This document shows positions 1-8,891 of a stretch of DNA of 64,000 bases, piece after piece. Both the position numbers and the translations under genes were made by a program. The first letter of the stretch is position 1, and each line of letters opens with the position of its first letter. The DNA comes from Candidatus Versatilivorator sp. Lineage in GTDB: Bacteria > Acidobacteriota > Terriglobia > Versatilivoradales > Versatilivoraceae. Where the stretch lies: the NCBI GenBank assembly GCA_965207735.1, contig OZ242296.1:1568001-1632000 (forward strand), given 5' to 3'. The notes beneath the pieces were generated by a model, which did no database searches, had not been told where the DNA came from, and saw nothing but the letters and a program-made list of their open reading frames with translations.

Positions 1-546
1 ATCCGCAAGGGTATCCGATATCGGCGCCTGCCCGACTATCGGGAGCTGAGCACGAAATGGGGGTTGCGCTACGGCACGGTGATCGAGTTGGAGGTGGGCG
101 GCAAGAATATCGATGTGATGTCGGTGCACCTGAAGTCCGGCTGCCATGACCGGGACCTGGACCGCCCCGGAACCAGGAGCTGTCGCGATCTCAAGTCCCA
201 GGTGAGGCCGCTCGAGTCATGGATCGACCGACGTCTGGAGCGGGGGCGGGCCTTTGTTCTATTGGGTGACTTCAATCGACGCATGGATCGGAGGCACGAT
301 GATCTCTGGCGTTTCATTGCCGATGGAAATCCAAAGCCGATATACCGGGTCAACGCCGGCCGGAAGCCCAAATGTTGGAACAGCAAGTTCGCGGAATTCA
401 TCGATCACATCATTGTGGGACCGATCGCCGAGAAAGCCGTGAAGGCCCGTTCATTCGAAGAATTAACCTATGGCGAGAGAAGTTATTTCTATTGGCGCAG
501 ACGTCTATCCGACCACTGTCCCATTTCCATAAGGCTGGACTTCTGA
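1..546 (+). CDS. Endonuclease/exonuclease/phosphatase (EEP) family protein, 5'-truncated by window edge
   Basis: Frame open from base 1; motifs SVHLKSGC, LLGDFNR, IDHI and terminal SDHCPI. Confidence 0.85.
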   Translation: MRKGIRYRRLPDYRELSTKWGLRYGTVIELEVGGKNIDVMSVHLKSGCHDRDLDRPGTRSCRDLKSQVRPLESWIDRRLERGRAFVLLGDFNRRMDRRHDDLWRFIADGNPKPIYRVNAGRKPKCWNSKFAEFIDHIIVGPIAEKAVKARSFEELTYGERSYFYWRRRLSDHCPISIRLDF

Positions 547-565
547 AGTCTTCTGGTAGTTGGTC

Positions 566-875
566 GAGCCTTTTGCAGGATTGGTCAGGTAGCGGGATTT
601 TTTGTGGGGAAGGGTTTTGATCGCTCGGAGCGCTGGGAGCGCGGGCGTCCTGCCCGCATTCCTGTAAAGACGCTGCCCCGGCGCCGGTGGACAGGCGTAC
701 CGATCAACCCTGTGAAGCCAATCGCCACCACCCTGCCAAGTCTTGTGCGGGCGGGACGCCCGCGCTCCCGGGGGGAAATCCATGGCCGGCCAAGTGCAGA
801 TCCGCCCAGAGCCCTGCGGAATATTACCGTTGCCACCCCAATGTCCTGCCCGACTACGAATTTTGCAAAAGGCTC
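566..875. mobile_element. MITE-like element with terminal inverted repeats, carrying an internal REP-like pair
   Basis: GAGCCTTTTGCA (566-577) / TGCAAAAGGCTC (864-875); internal GGGAGCGCGGGCGTCCTGCCCGCA and its inverse; right half homologous in reverse orientation to 13809-13960. Confidence 0.7.
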
Positions 876-910
876 GGTGGTGAGAAACAGGTTCGACAGC
901 ACGGCAGCCC

Positions 911-1915
911 CTATCCCCCCAAATTCTTCTCGTAGTCGTCCAACTGGTAGGCGTCCATCCAGTTGCCCGATGGCATCGGCTCGTTGGGCAGGACGTATTT
1001 CAGCAGTTCCACGGCCTTGGCCAGCGAGTCGTCCACGGTGAGGTAGGGCTCCTCGCACTCGATGCCGAGGGGGCCGTCGTAGCCGGCCCGACGCAGGCTG
1101 ACGATGAAGCTGCGCCAGAAGAACTCGTCGTGGCCGTATCCCAGCGTCCGATAGCTCCAGGACCGCTGATCCCACTCGTCGTAGTAGGCGCTGGAAACCA
1201 GCCCGTCGCGGGCGGCCATCCGCTGGTCCAGAGCCACGTCCTTCACGTGGCAGGTGTAGATGGCCTCGCCGATGGTCTCGACGAAAACGATGGGATCGAT
1301 GCCCTGCCACCACAGGTGGGAGGGGTCCAGGTTCATGCCGATGGTGGGCCCGACTTCCCGGCGAAGGCGCAGGAAGGTCTGGGTGTTGTAAACGCAATCC
1401 CCGGTGTGGGGCTCGATGCACAGTTTGACCCCGTAGTCGTCGGCGATGGCTGCGGCCTTTTTCCAGTAGGGGATGATTCTCTCCTCCCACTGCCAGCGGT
1501 AGGCATCCTTCCACATGACAAAGGCGGAGTTGATGATCCAGTTGGGTGTCTTGTCGTCGGGACCGCCGGCGGGAGTGCCGGCCAGCAGACTGATGTGGTG
1601 AACGTCCAGGCGGTCGGCCAGCTTGCAGGTGGCCACCAGGTCGGCGTGGGCGCCCTCGGCAATGGCCGGGTTGGGATGGATCGGGTTTCCATGGCAGCCG
1701 AAGGAACAGATCTGCATCTCCCGCTCATCCAGGCTGCGCTTGAAGGCCTCGAACGCGGCCGGGGATGCTTCCAGCTTGATCGGGTCGTAGTGGACCTTGG
1801 GGATGTGCCCGCCGGCGCAGGCCTCGACCAATCGGATGCCGTGCTTCTTGCAGGAGTCGAGCATCTCCTCCCAGGATCTCTCCAGCATGCTTGCCGCCAT
1901 CAATGCGATTTCCAT
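911..1915 (-). CDS. Sugar phosphate isomerase/epimerase (xylose isomerase-like TIM barrel)
   Basis: CHGNPIHP, CIEPH, NLDPSHLWWQG, HVKD, GYDGPLGIECE motifs; AGGA SD. Confidence 0.88.
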   Translation of the reverse strand: MEIALMAASMLERSWEEMLDSCKKHGIRLVEACAGGHIPKVHYDPIKLEASPAAFEAFKRSLDEREMQICSFGCHGNPIHPNPAIAEGAHADLVATCKLADRLDVHHISLLAGTPAGGPDDKTPNWIINSAFVMWKDAYRWQWEERIIPYWKKAAAIADDYGVKLCIEPHTGDCVYNTQTFLRLRREVGPTIGMNLDPSHLWWQGIDPIVFVETIGEAIYTCHVKDVALDQRMAARDGLVSSAYYDEWDQRSWSYRTLGYGHDEFFWRSFIVSLRRAGYDGPLGIECEEPYLTVDDSLAKAVELLKYVLPNEPMPSGNWMDAYQLDDYEKNLGG

Positions 1916-1980
1916 GTTTGTCCTGTCCTTCCTTGGGTTTCGTCGAACCCTTTGGGAACCGACGTCCTTACCTGAATCAA

Positions 1981-2140
1981 ACGAAAAAAGACAAAAGAAA
2001 AAGAGTTATCCACGAAGGGCCACGAAGAACGACGAAGGGCCACTAAGGCGTTGAGGTTTACCGCGACGGGGTACCAAGGTCACGAAAGAATGATCGATTT
2101 CCGATTGTTTCACCCTCGTCTGATCCGCCCGGCAGGTCGG
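1981..2140 (+). repeat. Copy of dispersed ~170-bp CACGAA-family intergenic element
   Basis: TTATCCACGAAGGGCCACGAAGAACGACGAAGGGCCACTAAGGCG...TGATCCGCCCGGCAGG recurs at ~30225, ~35891 and (reverse) ~47495. Confidence 0.9.
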
Positions 2141-2244
2141 AGGCGACACTTTTTTCAGACCCGGCCTGAAAGTCTCAGCCCGGAGCGTTCCGCCCGGTGC
2201 CTGCGCTATTCTCCAGTGTGCGGCGGCGCGGCTAAAAATGCCGG

Positions 2245-2481
2245 CTAATCCTCATCCATCCCATCTTCGTCGACAGGCTCGCCTTCAAGAATCTCCAAGG
2301 CTCTCTCGGCATCCGATTCCCTCACCTGGAGGCCCACGCCGCCAATGGCCAAGGGCCAGTACCAATTCATGCCGGCGATATGCTCATTGGTCAGAACGCA
2401 GTCGATTCCCTCTGCTTCCAACCGGGTCTTGGCCAGGTTGGCGTCAATGGGGTAGGGGAAGTTGGCGATGGTAATCAGCAC
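2245..2481 (-). CDS. DUF2007-like small putative signal-transducing protein
   Basis: ANLAKTRLEAEGI...GGVGLQVRESDAERALEIL pattern; GGAG SD. Confidence 0.8.
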   Translation of the reverse strand: MLITIANFPYPIDANLAKTRLEAEGIDCVLTNEHIAGMNWYWPLAIGGVGLQVRESDAERALEILEGEPVDEDGMDED

Positions 2482-2560
2482 CTGGGGTGTTCTCCGTTGC
2501 TGAGTGAAGCCAAAACGTACTTTATCAGTCCAGCAGCAAGCCTACAATTCCTCAATATGG

Positions 2561-2647
2561 CGCAGGGGCGTCCCTTGTGGGCGCCTCCGACGCGGTGTTG
2601 ACCGGGCAAACGGGAACTACCGGGCAACCACAAGGATTGCCCCTACG
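2561..2647. repeat. Inverted pair of GTAGGGGC-type REP-like palindromes
   Basis: CGCAGGGGCGTCCCTTGTGGGCGCC ... GGGCAACCACAAGGATTGCCCCTACG. Confidence 0.65.
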
Positions 2648-2802
2648 TTGGCGGGTTCAGCACGAGATGGTCCGTTCCCTCGGCTAGGTATAGATTGCGC
2701 GTCGCGGTATTATGGCCACCGGACGTTCCAGTCTCGGCGGCCGGCGTCAACCGAAAAGGACCCCGGGAAACCCGGCACGGTCCGCCAAGGTGCACACCTC
2801 TC

Positions 2803-4347
2803 ATGGCCACTAACGACACACAGACCGACTTTGAGATTGGCCAGGACAACATACGGTTCCTCGGTCTCGACATTCACAACCCGGTCTTCGCCGTATCCAG
2901 CCTTACCATCGTCGGATTTGTGGTCTGTGTGCTGGCGTTCCGGGAGGCCGCGGGCGCCGCTTTTGACGCACTGTACGCATGGCTCACTTCGACGTTCGAC
3001 TGGGTGTTCCTGGGCGCGGGCAACCTCTTCATCCTGTTCTGTCTGCTGCTGATAGTGACCCCGCTCGGTCGCATCCGCCTCGGCGGTCCGGATGCCAAGC
3101 CCGACTATTCCGTCTGGTCGTGGTTCGCCATGCTGTTCGCAGCCGGGATCGGCATCGGCCTGATGTTCTTCGGGGTGGCGGAGCCGATTCACCATTTCCA
3201 AAATCCTCCGCTCGGGATCGACGCCGCCGACACCGCCGCTGCGCAAAGGCTGGCATTCGCCTCCGCCATCTTTCACTGGGGCCTGCACCCCTGGGCGATG
3301 TACGCGATCGTCGCGCTGGCGCTCGCCTTCGCCGCCTACAATCTCGGCTTGCCGCTGACGCTGCGGTCGGCGTTCTACCCTGTTCTGGGCAAGGCGGTCT
3401 GGGGCCGGTTCGGACACCTGATCGACGTCCTGGCGGTGTTTGCGGCGCTCTTCGGACTGGCGACCTCGCTCGGCCTGGGCGCAGAGCAGACGGCGGCCGG
3501 GCTGGCCCATCTTTTCGGCGTGCCGGCCACCAACACCACCAAGGTGCTGATCATTGCCTTCGTCACGTTCATTGCGATTGCATCGGTGGTCGCCGGGATG
3601 GACCGAGGCGTCAAACGCCTGAGTCAGGCCAACCTGGTGCTGGCCATGCTGCTGCTCGCCTTCGTGCTGACGGTGGGGCCGACTCTCGACCTGTTGGCCG
3701 GGTTCGTAGCCAGCCTCGGCCACTATCTGGCGGCGATCGGACCGCTCAGCAACTGGGTGGGTCGTGACGACCTGGATTTCATGCACGGATGGACCACCTT
3801 CTTCTGGGCCTGGTGGCTCTCCTGGTCGCCCTTCGTAGGCATGTTCATCGCCCGGGTCTCGCGCGGCCGCACGGTGCGCCAACTGGTGGGCTGCATGCTG
3901 GTCGTCCCGACGCTGGTCTCCGCGCTCTGGATGAACGCCTTCGGGGCAACCGCACTGTCCAAATTTCTCGATGGCGGCGGTACCGCGGTGGTCGAGGCGG
4001 TGCAGGCCCAGCAACCGGAGATGGCCCTGTTCAGGATGCTGGAGACGCTGCCGCTGGCCGGTGTCACCTCGATTATCGGCATTGTTCTGATAATCATCTT
4101 CTTCGTCACCTCGTCCGATTCCGGTTCGCTGGTCATCGACACCATCACCGCCGGAGGCAAGCTGGACGCACCGGTTGCTCAGCGCGTCTTCTGGTGTGCA
4201 TTCGAAGGAATCGTCGCCATCACTCTGCTGGTCAGCGGCGGACTGGTGGCGCTGCAGACGGCTTCGCTCGTGACCGGATTCCCGTTCGCGCTGGTGCTGT
4301 TGGGGATGTGCTACAGCATCTGGAAGGGCCTGCGCGCCGCCCGCTGA
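2803..4347 (+). CDS. BCCT family (betaine/carnitine/choline) transporter
   Basis: SWFAMLFAAGIGIG, FHWGLHPWAMYA, WAWWLSWSPFVGMFIARVSRGRT, FFVTSSDSG; start taken at ATG 2803. Confidence 0.93.
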   Translation: MATNDTQTDFEIGQDNIRFLGLDIHNPVFAVSSLTIVGFVVCVLAFREAAGAAFDALYAWLTSTFDWVFLGAGNLFILFCLLLIVTPLGRIRLGGPDAKPDYSVWSWFAMLFAAGIGIGLMFFGVAEPIHHFQNPPLGIDAADTAAAQRLAFASAIFHWGLHPWAMYAIVALALAFAAYNLGLPLTLRSAFYPVLGKAVWGRFGHLIDVLAVFAALFGLATSLGLGAEQTAAGLAHLFGVPATNTTKVLIIAFVTFIAIASVVAGMDRGVKRLSQANLVLAMLLLAFVLTVGPTLDLLAGFVASLGHYLAAIGPLSNWVGRDDLDFMHGWTTFFWAWWLSWSPFVGMFIARVSRGRTVRQLVGCMLVVPTLVSALWMNAFGATALSKFLDGGGTAVVEAVQAQQPEMALFRMLETLPLAGVTSIIGIVLIIIFFVTSSDSGSLVIDTITAGGKLDAPVAQRVFWCAFEGIVAITLLVSGGLVALQTASLVTGFPFALVLLGMCYSIWKGLRAAR

Positions 4348-4454
4348 GAAATGCGGGCAACGGATTGTAGAGGTGAGTGCCGCCCCTGCCCTGCCGGGCG
4401 GATCATTCGAAGAAGAAACTGCCGATCGTTATTGAAGACGAATTCTTTTTTTCT

Positions 4455-5219
4455 TTACACGCAGCCGGGGTATTCGCTGCCCTGCAGGAGGACATAGTTC
4501 GGCTGGGGCCGGCTGTCGTCGGTCCAGCGGGAGCGGGCCGACATGTAGTGGACGGCCAGGCCGCGCCGCGAGGTGGTGGAGCGGTTGGGCGTGGATCGAT
4601 GCAGCAGCAGGCTGTGGTGAAAAGAACAACCGCCGGCCGGCATGAGCAGGGGCGTTTCCCGGCTGAGGTCCATGGCCTCGTCGGGCACCTGCTTGTCCCG
4701 CCGGTCGCGCACCACCCAGGGCTGACTGTGATCCAGAACGCCCTGCCGGTGGCTTCCCGGAATTACATGCATCGGTCCCTTCTCCATGGTTACGTCGTCC
4801 AGGGCCGTCCAGCAGGTCACCAGGTCCATGGGCTCGATGGCGAAGTAGGCCGAGTCCTGGTGGTAGGGCTTCTCGACGCCCCCGGGCGGTTTCATGAAGC
4901 ACTGGCTGTTATAGAGCTTGATGTCGGGACCGAGGATGGACTCCACGATGGACAGTATCCGGGGGTGGCCGGCATGCGCCAGAAAAACCGGATCGTTATT
5001 CGCGGGGCGGTTCAGCTTGCGCACCGTTGCCAGCTCCACCCTCTCGGCGCCCGGCTCCAGCTCGATATCCTCCACCGGATATCCGGGAACGGCGCCTGAG
5101 ATCAGATCCTCGGTCCGCTGCCTCACCTGCTGCACTTCTTCAGCCGAAAGCAGACCCTCCACCACCAGGTAGCCCTGCTCCCGATACTGCTCGGCATAGT
5201 TTCCATTTTCCTTGACCAT
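4455..5219 (-). CDS. Phytanoyl-CoA dioxygenase (PhyH) family Fe(II)/2OG oxygenase
   Basis: KPYHQD, WTALDD, IPGSH, LLHRSTPN..RR motifs. Confidence 0.9.
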   Translation of the reverse strand: MVKENGNYAEQYREQGYLVVEGLLSAEEVQQVRQRTEDLISGAVPGYPVEDIELEPGAERVELATVRKLNRPANNDPVFLAHAGHPRILSIVESILGPDIKLYNSQCFMKPPGGVEKPYHQDSAYFAIEPMDLVTCWTALDDVTMEKGPMHVIPGSHRQGVLDHSQPWVVRDRRDKQVPDEAMDLSRETPLLMPAGGCSFHHSLLLHRSTPNRSTTSRRGLAVHYMSARSRWTDDSRPQPNYVLLQGSEYPGCV

Positions 5220-5244
5220 GTCCTAGCCCTCTATCTCCGATTAT

Positions 5245-6807
5245 CTACCCCTTGCTGCCGTAGTCGATCTCCACGCTCATCTGCGCCAGGACCAGGGGTA
5301 CCGCCAGGCGCGGGTTGCGCTTTCTCAAAACCAGCTCCAACCGGTTGAATCCGCTCTTGAGGATGTCGGCCCGGAATGGCAGGTGGAGAAAGTCTCGACT
5401 GCCGAAAAGCGTCGGCTCCTGCCGAACCTCTTCCTTTTCTCTGGAAAGGACCACCCCGTTCAAACGGAACTGCAGGTCGTCGTCATCCATTTGCTGTTCC
5501 AGGCGCATGACCAGCCTGGCCTGGACCGACTTGCCCGCGGCGGTGGCCGCCGGCACGTCATCTCCAACGAAAAACCGGACCCGGGCGGGTCCTCCCACCT
5601 TTTCCTGCTGGATCTTCAGCGGAAGCTGGGCCTTGGGGTGGGACCGCCGCCACAGGGAGGCGACCTGCTCATCGATGAGGTAGCGCTTGTTGCGGTGCTT
5701 CAACAGGCCGGGGTCTCCGATCTCCACCAGTGACTTGCGCCAGAGCTTCGTGTCCCACAGGGGGGCGTACCAATTGAAGAGATAGATCCCATCCACGCCC
5801 TGTTTCCAGTAGTTCAAGGCCGTGGCCCGGGTCTGCTCGGCGGGATGATACAAGCCGATCTGGCCCAGCAGGGTGAGGTTGCGGCCGCGAAAGGCTTCCA
5901 CGTACTCCTGCATGGACAAGTCGGATTCATGGCCGCGGGGCGTTCCCGCCGTCACCACGTCCAGCAGGTCCTCCTTGATCCAGGTGGGGACGTCAAATCC
6001 AAGCTTGAAGGCGAGGTTGAAGGTGAAGGGGACCCTGGCGGCCAACCGGAAGGGTTTGCCTCGACTTTTCGAGGTCCGGTCCACCAGGGCTCGCACCCGG
6101 CGAACCAGTTGGGTAATCAGATGGCGGTTGCGATAGGCTTCCTCGGGCTTGAAAAACGCCGGATGGCGCAGGAAATCCAGCTCGATGCCATCCAGATCGT
6201 AGTCCTGGATGATCTCTTCGATGACCTTGTACTTGTTTTGCCGTACCTGCTCATAGGCGAAATCGAATCCGGTGGCAAAACTGGGATGGACGGCGTCTCC
6301 CAGCAGCAGTTCCGGGTGAGCCTTCTTGTATTGACTGTAGAGATCGACGGCGTTCCAACCCTTGGGACTGTCGTGGGCGTCATTCATCCGCACGGTCACG
6401 AAGAACTGGATGCCGATCTGGCGGCAGCGATCGGCCATGGCCTGAAAGTAGTCCTCCCGCTCCTTGAGAACGCTCTCCAGACCCTTGATGAACCGAAGGC
6501 CCCCGGCACTCTGGAACCGCTTCACATTCTCGCCGTACATCTCGGCAGTCCTGGTCCTGAAGTAGAAGACGTCGGCTTCACCAACGCTCCAGAACAGGGC
6601 ATCCACCTGGGTCCCGATAAAGCGGTCCACCCCTTTCTCCAGCAGCTCCTTGATTCCCGACACCCGTTGCATGGTGTGGCCGTCGTCGTTGTAGACGATG
6701 CGGTAGTTGCAGGGTGGGCGGTTAGCGCGGGAACGAGCGGCGCCCAGCACCGAGGGTCCGGCGGAAAGGGCCACTGCCGAATGGGAAAGAAACTTCCGTC
6801 GATTCAT
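5245..6807 (-). CDS. Tat-exported glycoside hydrolase-like (GHL10/DUF187-type TIM barrel) protein
   Basis: NRRKFL twin-arginine leader; YNDDG, RMNDAH, DLDGIELDFLRH, GVDGIYLFNW. Confidence 0.7.
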   Translation of the reverse strand: MNRRKFLSHSAVALSAGPSVLGAARSRANRPPCNYRIVYNDDGHTMQRVSGIKELLEKGVDRFIGTQVDALFWSVGEADVFYFRTRTAEMYGENVKRFQSAGGLRFIKGLESVLKEREDYFQAMADRCRQIGIQFFVTVRMNDAHDSPKGWNAVDLYSQYKKAHPELLLGDAVHPSFATGFDFAYEQVRQNKYKVIEEIIQDYDLDGIELDFLRHPAFFKPEEAYRNRHLITQLVRRVRALVDRTSKSRGKPFRLAARVPFTFNLAFKLGFDVPTWIKEDLLDVVTAGTPRGHESDLSMQEYVEAFRGRNLTLLGQIGLYHPAEQTRATALNYWKQGVDGIYLFNWYAPLWDTKLWRKSLVEIGDPGLLKHRNKRYLIDEQVASLWRRSHPKAQLPLKIQQEKVGGPARVRFFVGDDVPAATAAGKSVQARLVMRLEQQMDDDDLQFRLNGVVLSREKEEVRQEPTLFGSRDFLHLPFRADILKSGFNRLELVLRKRNPRLAVPLVLAQMSVEIDYGSKG

Positions 6808-6920
6808 TCTCTACTCCAGGTCATTGATTGCTCGCCGGCACCGACTGCCCGGATGGCGCTGCTTCCAGGCCTGGGGCCCGAACGGCCCGAAACCGCGTCG
6901 GCACCACCTGAACCGCACGG

Positions 6921-7709
6921 TCAGCACCCCCGCCTGAGGCCGTCGTCCTCGATGGGCCGAAGGGGTGTGAAATCGCGCTGGTTCTGGAACCAGGGCCGAT
7001 CGGTGCCGGTGCAGGCGTTGCTGACGGCATTGTAAATCAGATACATGATGGCCCGCCGCCAGGGAGAGACGTTGTTGGCCGATCCGTGGACGACGATGCT
7101 GTGGCAGAAGCAGACCGATCCCGCCGGACCGATCAGAGCCTCGATCCCGTTCTCCTCGGCCAGCCGGCGAAAGGTGGCCTCATCGATGTGGTAGAGGGAA
7201 TATCCCTTGGCGTCCCGGTGAAGCTGAATCGAGTCCAGAAACCCGTCCCGATGAGAACCCGGCACCACCAGCAGGGGCGAGTTGACCGGGGTGCAATCGT
7301 CAATGAACACGGCCACCATCAGGCAGCGGGGTTCGGGCATGCCGTCCACCACGTGCCAGGCGCCGAAATCCTGATGCCAGTCCCAGGAGGCCCCTCCCGC
7401 CATTCCCGGCTTGGGGTTGATGCGGCTCTGATGCAGGTAGACCTCTTCCTTCAGCAACTGCTGTGCCGGACCCAGCAACCGCGGCAACTGTGACAGCCGC
7501 CGGAAGGGTTCGGAGTAGAGGTGGGCACCGAAGACCAGCCGGGCGGCCTGGGGGTTGTCCTTTTCGGGGACGACTTCCGGCCCCGGGCGGCTGAGGATAT
7601 CGGGCATCTCCTGCTGCAGCGCGGCAGCCTCCCGGCTGTCCAGCAACCCCGGAAAGAAGAGGTAGCCGCGCCGGTTGAACTCCTCGAGCTGGCTCCGCGT
7701 CAGTTGCAT
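6921..7709 (-). CDS. PhyH/ectoine-hydroxylase-like Fe(II)/2OG dioxygenase
   Basis: True start MQLTRSQ at 7709, overlapping upstream gene end; HQSRINPK, WHQDFGAWHVVDGMP, VHGSANN. Confidence 0.85.
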   Translation of the reverse strand: MQLTRSQLEEFNRRGYLFFPGLLDSREAAALQQEMPDILSRPGPEVVPEKDNPQAARLVFGAHLYSEPFRRLSQLPRLLGPAQQLLKEEVYLHQSRINPKPGMAGGASWDWHQDFGAWHVVDGMPEPRCLMVAVFIDDCTPVNSPLLVVPGSHRDGFLDSIQLHRDAKGYSLYHIDEATFRRLAEENGIEALIGPAGSVCFCHSIVVHGSANNVSPWRRAIMYLIYNAVSNACTGTDRPWFQNQRDFTPLRPIEDDGLRRGC

Positions 7710-8821
7710 GATTTCGGTTTGGGAGACCTGGCCTCCGGCCCCTGGGCCGCCTCGGAAACGCCCCCGGCGAAGGTCTGTTCCGCCACCAGAACGGGAGCTT
7801 TCCGGTCGATCGATTGATGGATTGCCAGCGCAACCGCCAGCGAACGGGCGCCGTCGGCTCCATCCACCAGCGGGGACTCCCGCCCCCGCACCACCCGGCA
7901 AAAGTGCTGCAGTTGCAGGACGAGCGGATCCGCCTGGGCCACCTTGCGAAGAGACTGGAGCAGGGGATGTTGCCAGCCGGCCCGGGACGGGTCCCCGTAG
8001 CGCCACAGCTCCAACTGGGGGAAAGCCAGGGCGCCCTCGGAGCCCATGAAATGATAGCAGTTTTGGCTGGCGTGAAAATAGTCGGGGTTCTCTCCGCTGG
8101 AGATTTCGTAGGACCAGGGCGATGGGGTGGCGTCGGAGGCGATGATGGAGCCCAGGGCTCCATTGGCAAAGGAAAGCGTGATGCTCAGGGTGTCCTCGAC
8201 CTCGAGCCCGCGGGCCATGGACGCCGATTGGGCGTACACCTGGCGTATCTCGCCGCAGATGTAGCGCAGAAGGTCCAGTTCGTGAATGAGATTGATCAGG
8301 ATGGGACCGCCCTGCTGACGCCGGCGGCGCCAATCCACCTGGAAATACTCCGCCGGCTTCAGCAGCGCCCACATCATCGAGGCTGCAATCAGCCTCCCCA
8401 ACTCGCCGCCTTGAACCTGGGAGCGCGCTTCCCGAATCAACGGATTGTGACGCCGGTGGTGGCCCACCAGGACCCGGCAGCCGGCTGCAGCGGCCACCTC
8501 CACGATCCTCCGGGCGGCGGGCAGGGTGTCGGCAATGGGCTTCTCGATCAACAGGTCGACGCCCTTCCCGGCGCAGACCTCGGCCACGGCCAGGTGGGTT
8601 CCGTTGGGCGTGGCCACAATGGCCCCCTCGGGCTGCTGCTCCCCCAGCAACTCGGAAAGGTCCCGGTAGAAGGGAACCGCGAGTCGTTCGGCCACCCGCC
8701 GGCGAGTGGAATCCGCATCGCAGATCCCGACCAGGGAGCACCCCGCCTGCCCGCGGACCAGCCGAGCGTGTTTGCTGCCGATCAGTCCGGCTCCCACCAC
8801 TGCCAACTTCACTGGTTTCAT
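7700..8821 (-). CDS. Gfo/Idh/MocA family oxidoreductase
   Basis: VVGAGLIG, LIEKPIA, GHHRRH, INLIHELD. Confidence 0.9.
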   Translation of the reverse strand: MKPVKLAVVGAGLIGSKHARLVRGQAGCSLVGICDADSTRRRVAERLAVPFYRDLSELLGEQQPEGAIVATPNGTHLAVAEVCAGKGVDLLIEKPIADTLPAARRIVEVAAAAGCRVLVGHHRRHNPLIREARSQVQGGELGRLIAASMMWALLKPAEYFQVDWRRRRQQGGPILINLIHELDLLRYICGEIRQVYAQSASMARGLEVEDTLSITLSFANGALGSIIASDATPSPWSYEISSGENPDYFHASQNCYHFMGSEGALAFPQLELWRYGDPSRAGWQHPLLQSLRKVAQADPLVLQLQHFCRVVRGRESPLVDGADGARSLAVALAIHQSIDRKAPVLVAEQTFAGGVSEAAQGPEARSPKPKSCN

Positions 8822-8891
8822 ATTCGGTTGCTCAGACTTCGCGGTGATCCCGGGTGCTGTCCCATTTCGGCACGACCGGCCCGTTTCGGCT

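Noticed and set aside
2700-2802. Riboswitch in the BCCT leader
   Set aside because: GC-rich hairpins only; no recognisable aptamer consensus
7710-8741. 606-aa ORF 6921-8741 as one fusion protein
   Set aside because: The upstream part overlaps the Gfo/Idh/MocA gene in another frame and is low-complexity; the real PhyH gene starts at 7709
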